Shown: one piece after another, positions 8,923 through 20,900 of the stretch | Layout of the letters: every line of letters starts with the position of its first letter | Numbering within the stretch: the stretch's first letter is position 1 | Virus record (IMG/VR): IMGVR_UViG_3300032328_000467 | Coordinates: 1-47,512 of that record | Length of the DNA stretch: 47,512 nucleotides | From: a virus | Lineage: Duplodnaviria; Caudoviricetes | Reading direction: 5' to 3' (one strand) | The notes under the pieces: generated by a model | The model's input: the letters and a program-made list of their open reading frames with translations, nothing else | Databases searched by the model: none | Told to the model about the DNA's origin: nothing | Made by a program: the position numbers and the translations under genes

Positions 8923-11900
8923 ATGACCAACGCCTTCGGTCTTCCAGAAGATTTTGATAGTGAGTATCTAGGACCGCTAACGGCGGCGCTTTTCAACGAC
9001 AAGTGGAACTCTGGCGGTAACTCGGAAATCAACCGTCGTAAGAACGTTGCTATGCAGCGTCGTGACAAGCGTGGTCGTTGGGCGTGGCAGGGTGGTCGTG
9101 GTTTTTGGAAGGCCCTCCTAAACGGTAAAGTCACTAACTTTGTTGGTCGTTACCTAAGGGCGGATGACGACCCGAACTACATGATTTTTATTGTCGAGGA
9201 TGACAATGCTGAGGGTATTCCCGGTGGACTTTATCGTGTCAACCGACGTACCGTTACTATGGCTAAGGCTCTCCTTAGTGAAGAGACTTTGGAAGAGTCT
9301 GGCGTTGACCTAGACGTTAACGGTAACCGTGTTGGTGAGGTTCTTGATAGGGACCTTGAGGACGTTACGGCTAACTATCTCGGTCCTGCAACTCCTGAAG
9401 ATATTGCGTCTCTTGACAAGCCTACTGATGAAGAAAAAGCGGTTGTTAAGGCTAACCGTAAGGCTGCTAAGAATGCTAAGCCTTATAAGAGTTATAACGT
9501 TGTTGACGAAGACGGTAACCGTGTTGATTCTGACTCAGACCACGAAGACCCTTTCCCTGGTGAAGTAAACGCAACTGACGCGTTTACTCCTGAGCAACTT
9601 GCTTGGGCTAAGAGAAACTTTGCTGATTACTTTTTTGCTCAGGGACTATTCCCAGAGGCAAGCGACCAAGACCTGAGAAGGGCAATTGGTGGTCTAAAGA
9701 GTCGCATTGCTATTGCTGAACGTGGTGCCGATGACGAGGGTGGTCTTAGTCTTGACGACCTTAAGAAGAGACTTGACCTTGCTCAGACTGAAGAGTACAA
9801 CCGAGGCATGCTCAATCCAAAAGCGTCAAAAAGGTTTTTGGAAGATAAATTCCGCGCACGACTTGGGTTCCCGGCTAGAGGAGAGGCGGTTGCCCCCGCA
9901 GAGGAAGTAGTTGCCGAGCAACCAGCAAGCATTGGCGGTAAGTATGCTATCCGTCGTGTTGCGGATATGCTCGACGAGGCTCGTGCTGGCGGGGAAGAGT
10001 ACCGTCAGAAACTTGAGAATGGTGAGGACGTTCTTCCTAGGGGCGTTGACCAAGCGGCTGATGCTGAGAACCTTTTTGACCCTGAGGGTGTTGTTAACTA
10101 TGAGGAGAACTTCCGTGAGTGGGCTGGAAGCAAGATTGACAGCGACATTGCCACGGTTCAAGAACTTATTGATGTACTCGCAGAATTTCCTGAAGACGAC
10201 CCTAGAAAAGCAGATGCTCCAGAACTAACTTCTCTGCTAGAGACTCTTCTTGACGATAAAAAACTTTATACTACCCCTCAAGCCAGAATGGGCGAGCGGG
10301 GAAGAATTGCTAACTACCCAGAGTTTGCTATTGATGACAGTTTTATTGAAGATAGTTCTTTCACTCAGAATCAAAAACTTAGCCTTTACAACTTGGCTGG
10401 CTACATGGATAAAACTCTGGAGTCTCTTACGCAAGCAGGTTTGGTTGGGGACCAAGAAAAGTATGAGTTTCAGTACGCTGTAGCGTCACAAATTAGGGAC
10501 ACTCTTGAAGCGGCTAAGAGGGCCAATGATGAGGGAAGAGCGAGAAGTTTCTCCGTTTTTAGTGGTTCTGAGGAGGCGCGTTTCCAAAACATGCGTTTTA
10601 TTCAGTCCAGTATTGAAACGGAAGCGTCTCAAGACCCGAAACTTAAGGGACAACCTGTTGTTGTGCGGGCGCAGGCTATTGCTGTGAATAAGCACGGCAG
10701 ACCTATGGTTCTTAATTTTAATGGGTTCAGAATTGTTGCCAGTACTTTAGATGGTGGGACACTTGGGTATATCAATGATGTAGATACGAGAAATGGTGCT
10801 AACTATCACGATAATTCTAACGAACGAGATAAGCCAAGGCCTGTAAGCGTTGGAATGATTGCTGTCCACAATGCTGTGGGTCGCTATAACATGATGGCTG
10901 GACCTTCGGTACGAAACGAGGGTGTCGGTGGGTTCATGGTTAATATGGCCCGCTGGGTCTCTGTGCAGTCTGGGCGCCCATTTGAGCACAGTTACAATCT
11001 TTTGAACGCGGGAAACTTTTATTCCAAGTTGGTTTCTTTACGCACCGATTACCATTCACGTGAGCAACGTGACAAGTTCCTGTTTGAGCGTTTTGGTGGG
11101 TTGGACAACCCACTGTTTAAGGCACTGGATTCGTTGGGCTGGTTGACTGCAGATTTTAAGAAACCGCTTGGTATTAAAACTCAGACTTCTAGCGCCAACG
11201 TTGGCCCCTTGAATAAAAGATTTGTTATTCCGCTTTTTGGTGATAAAACTGCGTATTCTCCTGATGGTGGGATGGCTGGAATTCTTAGGGATGCGTACCA
11301 CAATGACCCTAATGCTCGCCCCGGTGTTGATTACCCAGCAATTATGGAAGACCACATTAAGGGTGAAAATGAAGACTGGTCTAAGTTTGATATTCAGCAA
11401 CTAATTCTTCGGAGTATTTATCGTGGTCAACTAAACAAAGAGCAATTGGTTGCCAGACTTAAAGAAATATCAACACAGTTTCGTGAGTTTGTAGATAGAA
11501 ACGAAAATGACCCGCCTGATTCAATGCGGATTATGAAAGCAGTTAAGCATGCTAAGGACGTTGTTAAGGCTCTCGAAGACGATAGGCTGATTGCTGCTCT
11601 CCGTCGTGCTGAAGACTTTACTGGAAAATTTGACGAGCAGCCTAAGTTTGACATTTTCAATGCTCAGTTCTTCCAGTCACCGTTCCCCGGTGCAAATTCT
11701 AATTTTGTAAACTTTAAGATTCCAGAGGGTGCCACTAAAGTTGATGTTCGCCCGACGTTTGTCCCTAGGGCGGTACGACCTGAAGGCTCCCCTGAGGGTT
11801 GGACTGAGAACCCCACAACTCTTGCTGGAATGTTTGGTTATGACGAACTTGTATTTTCACTTCAATCTGCCGTAAATTCCAACGACCAAGACGCCACCCT

Positions 11901-14900
11901 TTATTTCAATGGTGCAGAAGGCAAGGTTAACGTAGCAGCCGTTTACCGCGCAATTTCCGAGCAAGGCAGAAGAGCCGACGAAGTTCTGGCAACTATTTAT
12001 GACCAAATTGCTGGCAACGAAGATAACAAGAACGCACTTGCCGACCACGATGCTCAAATTCGTGGAATCAACGAAGAGATTGAGCGCGTTGCTGACGAAG
12101 TAAACCCGAATATGAAGGCACCAGTTGTTTTTGACGAAATCGGGGGCGTTTATGCGCCAAGACAAAATATTATTTTTGCGGGCCAGTATGTTCGTAGGGA
12201 TGTCCCCGACGAGTCTGGTCCTTTAAGAATTTCTCCTCTTCTTTCCAGAAACACTGACGTTGCTTTTGCTGGAAATAGAGGTAACGGAATTTATCCTGCC
12301 GCTTATGAACCGTCTTTGAGTTCAGACGACTGGTTACAAAGAGGAGTAACTGATAATCCAAGAATTATTGCACGAAACTTTAGCCCTTCTGCGTTAGAGG
12401 AAGCATTAAGAGCATATATTAATACTGACGGCAGAAACCGTCCTACCCTAGTCTTCCCTAATGGTAAGCAGGTTCAAGTTAAAATTGAGGCTATTAGAGA
12501 CGCTCTACAACATCAGGGTGTCGACACTGAGGCGATTATTAATGACCCCATCTACGCAGACATTGTTGTTGTAAGCAGGAAAGGGACAATTCCTCTTGGG
12601 ACGCTACGCACTGAGCGAGACGGTGTAGCGTATGAATCAGATTCCTATGAAATTGTTGGTGATGGGGCCCAGATTGCTGTCCTTACTGCTTCGGATGAAG
12701 TCGCAGTCGGTACTCCACAACTTATCGTTGAGGCCAAGCCCAATGGCGCCGCTGACCGAATTGTTCAGGCTACTGTCACAAAACTTCCAAGTGGAGATTT
12801 TGCTCTTAGTTATAACAGACCGTATGAACTTGGGGACGGTCAAGAGTTTGCGTATGTCGAAGAGTTTATGGATTTTGATTCGGCAGTTTTTGCTCTAAAT
12901 AAAGCAATTACTGATGATTACCACCTTAGACCTAATACTCTTCACAGAATTTATAGGTTGGTGAATGCTCCTGCTGCCAGTGATAACCCCCATCTTTATG
13001 GAGATGTCACTATTGAAGAGGGCTTAGAGGGTGGCATTGTTCGAAGAGTTTCGTACCGAAACAAAGGCGCTGCGGGTAACAGCGCCATCAACATTGAAGA
13101 AAGTTTGGGTGGGGGGCTTTACGCGTACTCCACACGGGTTGATTCTGCTGGTCAAATTAAGCGGGAAAGAATTGGAAAATTTGAGACTTCTGTTGATGAT
13201 GATGGAAACAGAACGTATGCTCTGACATCTTTCCCTGGCAATATTGGTAACTTTCTTTTGGGGTATAAGACTACTTCTAAAGAGAGCGCGACTGAGGTTC
13301 TTAAGTATATTGCTAGCATTCAAAATGCTTTGCCAGTTTTTATGGGGACAAGGGAAGACTTGTCTTTAGTACGCGAACGCTTGCTTAATAATCCTGAAAT
13401 TACAAAAATCTCTAACCTTAAGACTGAAACTGACGCCAGCGGAGTTACTAAATCTACGGCAGACTTAGTTATGGGGGACGGCAGGGCCGCAAAACTAACG
13501 GTTACTTATAACACTGTCAAGCAGGGGGTGTACCGTGTTAATGACCGTAATTATATTTATGCCACTGTTTCTATCGATAATGTCGATGGTGACTACATCT
13601 ATAGGGGTGCTATCTCTAGGACTTCTAAGTCTGGTTGGCTTGCTGATATTAGTGCGCCTGGTCAACAGTTTAGAGAACGTCCTTTAAGAAAGAGTGTTGA
13701 CCGTATTCCACCAGAAGAGGCTAAGAACATTCTGGTTGACGAATTTAAGCGGGTTTTGAGCGAAAAGTTTAAGATTTCTCCAGATAAAGTCCAGCAGATG
13801 ATTCCTGCTGGAACTCCCGTGGAGGGTATAACTGAAATTCCTGCGGGGCGTGTAGTTGACCCAATTACTGACCCCAATCTTCTTAGGCAGGGCGATGACG
13901 TTGCCGTTGGTTCTATGGAGCGTGCGAAGAATATTGTAGCCCGTATTGGTTCGGAGCAGATTGTTTTGCCTGCACGGTTCCTTGCAGAAGTTACTGCACG
14001 TAGCGAAGAAGTTAGGGGAAACAGACTTAAGACATTGCTCAAAAAACTCGGTCTTAACTCTATGGAAGAGCGGGGTGTAGTAAGCAGAATTACGGATGGG
14101 CAAGTGTTATTGGGTGCGAGTGGTCCTTGGAAGTTTGAGACGCTCAATGGTCTAGTTCTTAAGGTTAAGAACTATGCAAGAAACTGGAACGCGTCAAGAA
14201 GAAAAGACGGTCCGATTGACCCCGATGCTCAGTCGCGGGCGGTTAGAGGGGAGGTTGCGGCCCACGCGCTCTTTGATTTGCTCGGTATTCGTGCTTCTCC
14301 AGGCGGTATCGGTGTAACTGAAAGGGTTGCTGACAAGCCTACTAGAGAGGTTCTGGCTGAACTTTTTGAGCCGAATGTTGTCTCTGGTGAGGTCGGCGTG
14401 GCAGTAAACCAAGACGGTCAGCCTGTTGATGGCAATGCCCTTAAGTGGTTCAATACTCCAGCAGATAATCCTGATTTTGCTCAGGCTCAGCGGGATATTA
14501 TCGATATGCACGTCGGCGCTGCTCTTATTGGTACTTCTGACGTGAGGGATGATAACGCTCTTCTTAGCCGTGACCAGAATGGTGTTTTGAGAGTTACTAA
14601 TATTGATTTGGGTGGAAGCCTAGGTCAAGATATTGGTGGATACGCTTACGATAAGCGACAAGATGACAGTCTTTTTTCGAACAACATTTTTTCTTATTTT
14701 GAAAAAATGTTTGTTGATGATGGCAAGGAGGGTGAGTTACTTCAGGCTATTACCGAGGGTAATATGGATTATAGAATCTATCCAAGGGGTACTCGCCACT
14801 TGGGTGGAATTACGCTTGGGCAATTTAAGAAGAGTGTTGAGGAAAAGATTGCCCCTCTCTCGCCTAACGCGCTGAGAAAACTTTTTTCTGGTATTTATTC

Positions 14901-17900
14901 GGATGAGGAAGATAAGCAAAATGCTCTTAAGGGTGTGCTTCGTCGTCGGACTGACCTTTTGAGTCTTTTGAGCATTGAAGACCCGCACCGTGACGAGCAG
15001 ACGTTCGAGACTAGCGATGTCAGTTCTACTCCCTCTGTTGGTGGGGATGGTGGCGGAAGCGATGGCGGCGGAGGCGGCGGCGGAGGCGGCGGAGGCGGAG
15101 ACGATTCCGAAATTCCTGAGCCAGACTACACTCCAGCGGGCGTCAACCCACCATACAAAGTTCTTAGAAGGCGTTTTGTTAACGCTAATGGTATAAGCGT
15201 TGCTATCGATGTTGTGGAAAGAATTCCAGGAACAATCGACTACTATCTTCCAAAAACTGGCGAAAGAATTGGTGGCATTCGTCCAAGAGCCAACGGTGAC
15301 TACATTGTTACGTTTAGGGGTATGCGTACTGTCGTAAGACAAGACTTTATGGCGAATGAGCCTACGTTTAGGCAAGCACCCGCTCTTAGAGACGCTAAGC
15401 ATATTGCTTCTATGGAAGCGTTCTTTGGCAACACAATGGATGTGAATAGCACGGCAGAAGTTGAGTTCCCTGCTATTCTTTCTACTGAAGATGTGCCGGG
15501 ACAAATACTTCTTAGTGGCGGTATCAAGGGTTATTTGGACTCTCTTAAAGCCATAGTTACCCCAGAGGACAGACGTTTTGAGAATGAACCTGTAAAAATT
15601 ATTGGTCGTGAACATGGGTTGGCTGAAGCCGCGTGGGGTGGACGTGACAGTATTTACGCAGCACTGAAAACTAGACGAGTTCCACCCCAAGACACCGAGT
15701 ATTTCCTTTCTGTTGCAGACCTTGGCGTCGGGAGCCTTACTCAGCGTGAGGTTTTTGAAATTGTGGAGGAAATTCTAAGCCGCTATCCCGCGAATGATGG
15801 GAGCGATACTACAACTACTTCCCCGTCCACTGAAACCACTACTAAGAAGAGCGACAACGAGACTCCCGTTCCGCCTCAAGTTGAAACCGCAAAGAACGTT
15901 GCTGAACTTAAAGTAGGCGACTACATTGTCGGTATTGGTCGCGTTGCTTACGTAGTAGATGATGGTGGCAACGCAATAAATGTCGGTATTATCGATAACG
16001 CAGGAAAGTTCCGAAACAATCCTTATACGCGGAACGTTATGCTATTTATTAACAATCAGGCTGACCCGCGCCGTAACGTCACAAACATTGAGGGTGGACG
16101 TAACGCTGTTGACAACTTTGCTCAAGAGGGTAACAGAACTCTTGATGACGTAAAGGCTGCTTACCCGAACCACAGGATTCTTCCTAATGGCGACTTGCTA
16201 CTTGCGACCAAGGACGAGCGAGAGAAGTCTGGCGAAAAAAGAACTTTCCGCCACGAAGTAATTGTCCACCGTACTGGTACCGAAGAGTTTGTTTCGTATA
16301 TTCGTCGTTATCAGATTGACCCTAGAACTGGTCAGCGTATTGGTAACTTTACGGAGGCAGCGTTCCTCAGCGAACCAGCGCACTCTTCGCAAGCACTTCT
16401 CAACAGAATTCCCGGTCGACTTGCAATTCTCAGAGGTGAGGAGGGTAGGCTCGTTGCGAAGTTCCCGCAGCAGGGCGATTTCCAAGTTGAGGTTCGTGAC
16501 CCTCGTACGGGTATGCGTATTCCGCCACGACTTCTCCCAATTAGAAACGAAGATTTTATTGGTGATACTGGAATTGCCAAGACTGGCGACCCTGTAAAGG
16601 ACGCAGTTATTGGCTATATCTCTAACATGATTGACCGTGGATACTTGAATAACGCAGTTCTCAGCAGAATGCGCGATAACGGTATTCTTAATGAGCAACA
16701 GATTATGGACGTCATTGAGCGTGTTGAGGCGCGTCGACGGGCACCAGTTAACGCTGTTCCTTACGTTGGTCGTGACCGTCAGACTATTATTCGTGTTGGC
16801 GACGAGGTTGACCATTTTGATGCTCACGGTAACTTCTTGAAGAAGGGTAAGGTCACTGGACGCGTACCTCTTAAGGTTTACGTCAAACCTCCGTTCGGTG
16901 TTTACGAGTATCAAGACCTTGTTACTGTCCGTTGGGAGGATGGCACTACTGGACCTGCTATTTCTTCCAGACGTCTACAGCCTACGAAGCGTGCGAACGG
17001 GGAGGCACCAGTTCCTCTTGGCGGAGAAATTCTGAACCCGTTCATTGAGCAGGAGGGTCCTGAAATTGATGACATGGACAACCCGAACTTTAGGGGGGCA
17101 GTTGCTCAGCGTAACAGAATTCAGCCTATTCCTGTTCCTAATGGTTATGAACTTCGCGGTCCAGACCCGACGACTAGTTATTCGTTTGTCTCTGTTGACA
17201 ACCCTAGCGGTCCTATGGCTCAGGTTCAGATTATTGATGGTATGTGGGTTGCTAGGTTCCAAGCATCTCAAGGTGCCCCAGTAGAAGAGAAGCGGTATGT
17301 AAACGAAATCCAAGCACGCAACTGGGCTATCAACCAAATCAATAAGGCTAATGCTACGGAGACTGAGCGTTCTAGCACGAGTACTCCCCCCGGCGGCGGC
17401 GGCGGCGGAGGCGGCGGCGGCGGAGGCGGCGGAGGCGGCGGAGGCGGCGGAGGCGGCGGTTCGCCAAGTTCGTCGGATTCGGAAGTTTCCGACCAACTTG
17501 ACACTGAAGTTTGGGTGGACAACCAAGATAAGGCAGAAGACTTTGAGGACAGCCAAAACACTGGCGGATTCCCATTCGGTATCATTACAAACCTAAACGG
17601 CCGAGGAAACGTCATTCAATACGGTGAAGTTCCAGACGAGCCGGGCGAATTCTTTGTCCAAATGGAAGATGAAAACGAGGAAGAAATATTCAGAGCAGAC
17701 GGGTATAAGGGTATTGAAGAAGTTCGTAGACTCGCTTACCAGTTAACTAACACTTTCCCCAATAACTACCACGAACTGGTTATGGAAGACGGGAAGATTA
17801 GAACTGTCCACGTTGATAACGAAGATAAACCGATGCCGTTCGCATCAAGAGACGGTCAAACGATTGAGTTTTATGACGCCCAAGGTAGAAGAATTTCTAG

Positions 17901-20900
17901 ACATGAGCAAGTTGAGGACTTTATTGCTGTCCGTAAGTTTGTCAAGGACAAACTTGATGAGATAAACAGGCAGGCTCCAAGTACCAGTACCAGTGACAGT
18001 GCCATCGGAAGCGAAGTTCCTCAAGAGTTTATTGACGCTGGCGTTCGAAACCCAGACGCAGACTTGCCAGAAGGCTGGGAACACTATGCTATGACTATTG
18101 GTGGACGCCCGTTCGGTGTTTACCGTAGAGGTGACAACAACATTCAGTATTTGGAGAACGAGGACGGCAACTATATAGCGCGTGTTCAAGACAGTGCTGG
18201 GTTGGAAGTAATTAGTTACGAATTTTATAATTTTGTTGAGGCTAGGAAGTACGCGTTAGGTCTTGCTAAGAATCTTCCAGAGGGGTACCACATTGAAGCG
18301 CCAGAAGGATTTGGTGCTCAAGAGTACAGACTTGTGAAGGACAACATTGAGGGCGATAACATTGTTGGAATCATGGGGCAGAATCAACCTGGGGGTAGAA
18401 GGGTTCTCGTTACCAACGGTGGCAACATCGTTTTTGAAGAACGTTTTGATGACTATGAGGAAAATCTTTCTGAAGCGCAGGACATTTTAAGACGAGTACT
18501 TGAACGTCAGAACTTTGCTGCTCCCGTTGTCGATGACGCTATTGACAACGGTGAAGTGAACGTTCGACTTCCTGAGGGCTATCAGCGTAGAGAAGACGCT
18601 AGAAGATTTATTATCTTTGAGCGTGGTCTTGGCGACCCTGAGGTCACTATTGACCGTCTGCGTGACGCCGACGGAAAAATTAAGGTTATTGCTGAAAAAC
18701 TAAAGAACGGTCTTGGCGGCAACTTAGAGAAGAGAACGTTTACGGTTGACAACGCTGAAGAAGCAGCGTTGTTGGCGCAAAGAATTCTTCAGTCTTCTGT
18801 TCTCCCTGAGGGGTACCGAGTTAAGCCCAACTCGGCTGACCCAACAATTTACCTTATTGGTAAATTTAATGAAGATGGCAACATCAACATTGTTAATGGT
18901 CCTCAGGCTTCGATTGTCCCGATTGGTGACCGAAACAACCCCAGTGGTTACAGTATTCGTATCCACAGAAGAGGCGAAAACGGTCAACTTCAAATGTTTG
19001 CCGAGTACGATGTAGACATTTCTGGTGGTGACCGTGCTTCACTTGAAAGAGCAATCCGTATGGGCACCGCCCTACTCAATGAGCGTATGGACGCCGAAAA
19101 CAATAACCAAGAAGACGCCAAACCTCCTCAGGATTGGGTGGTACAGGAAATTGGCGACGGATATAAAGTTATTGTCGGTGGTCGCCCGCAGGGTGTGGAG
19201 TACAACGTTCGTGGAGACGGCTACGTTACTGTCGATGGTGGACAAGACAGGGAAGCACCAATTCGTGTTATGGCTGTCAAGTTTAGTGAAAGAGGCGAAG
19301 ACCGCGCAGACAATAAGCGTCGCGTTTTGAATGGTATTGCTCGTATTGAGCAAGCCGCTGACGTCGACGCGAGACTTCGAGGTCAAGGTGCCCAAAACCA
19401 AGACCCAATGGTGCTCGCTGCTGACAGAATTGACATGGCGGATGTTCCGTTTGGTCAAGGATTGCCTGACGGTTTTGAGGAAAAAATTAACCCCAGTGGT
19501 CAAATGGTTACGATTAGCGGCGAGGTCAACGGTAAAGAGGCGCGTATTTACTATGCGACAAAGACTGGCGACAACGGTAAGTTCGAGGCGCGAGTATTTT
19601 TTGATGGTCGTGAGGTTGGAAACTTCAATGAAGACAACATGAAGGATGCTAGAGAACGTGCGCTCAATGTGTTGACCGAAATAATTCGCGCACAGCAGGG
19701 CGGCGGCGGCGCTGGAGCAGACGTCGGCATTGAAGGTTATGTCGAAGAGTTTAGGGAAGACTGGGGAAACTTTATTTCTCCCCCCGGATTCAAAGATATG
19801 CCTCCGCTACGACGAAACCGTTTAAGAAAGCCGTTCGGTTGGTACAGGTTAGAGCCTGACGAAAGGGGCAGGTTTGGGACTAACTTTTTCAACTATGACT
19901 CCAATGGCCGAATGACACAAGAGCAAGAAAAATTTGCTACTAAAGAAGAAGCGCGACAGCATCTTATTGACAAAATCAAAGCAGAACTCCCTATCCGTCA
20001 AGCCGAAGAAGCACTAAGAGCCGAAGGAATTGCTCTTGGTAGAGGTCTTCCTCAAATTCAAGGTCCCGAACAACTTAAAGAAGAAATCACTCCTCTCGGA
20101 AAAATGGTCCGAATTATGGGTAAGCATAACGATGTCGAAATTGCTGCCTATTACGGTGTTGCTCCGACTGATAGTGGTCAATTCGAGTACAAGATTTACT
20201 CAAACGGAACAATCGTTTCGCAGGGATTTGAGCCAGATATTCCCGGCGTACGTGAGGCTGCTCTAGACGGGCTTCGGGGAGTAATCGATAGGCTCGATGC
20301 TCTTGGAAACGGTGGCGGTGGTGGCTTCCTTGGAAGACTTCCAGCGGGATATAAAGTTAGAAATCTCGACGCCGTTGGCCTCAAAATTATTCACGGGGAC
20401 GACCCTCGACAGCCCGCCATTGTTTGGAACATGGCTGACGGAGAGGTTTACTATTTCAAGAGTTATCAGCGTTATGTTGACCGTGGTTTTGACGGCGCTG
20501 AGGATGCTGAAACGGATGTTTTTGACCAAGTAGATTTCCAAGAAAAGGCCGTTGACCACATTGTTAATGAACAGATACAGAACCTTGCAAATCTCCAGTT
20601 CAATGAGGCATATAAGCGCGAACTGAACGATAGAGAACTTGTTGCCCAACTTCCTGCTGGATACCAGTATGAAGTGAGGGGAATGGATGATTTTTATTTC
20701 CCCCCCACTGTTTACTATAACCCCGATGACCCGAACGCTAAAGCAGTTGTGATTGGTGCGGATGATGGGATAGTACGCATATATAACAATTATCAAGAAG
20801 TTGTCGATGAGGAGGGGGCGCGTGAGACGTATGACGACATGCAAGACCCAATTCGTGCTCAAGTAAAAGCCATTAAACTTCTTAATCCTGACGCGCTGAA

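Noticed and set aside
13576-13593. DNVDGD as a virion RNA polymerase DxDGD motif
   Set aside because: The sequence is N-V-D-G-D, lacking the first Asp, and there is no surrounding RNAP context.
14737-16914. Long antisense ORFs (317 aa, 238 aa) and similar ones across the window
   Set aside because: Fully nested opposite well-supported genes, with no motifs; consistent with codon-bias shadows.
16975-17615. Poly-Pro, poly-Ala and poly-Arg ORFs in other frames
   Set aside because: Shadow translations of the GGC/GGA microsatellite.
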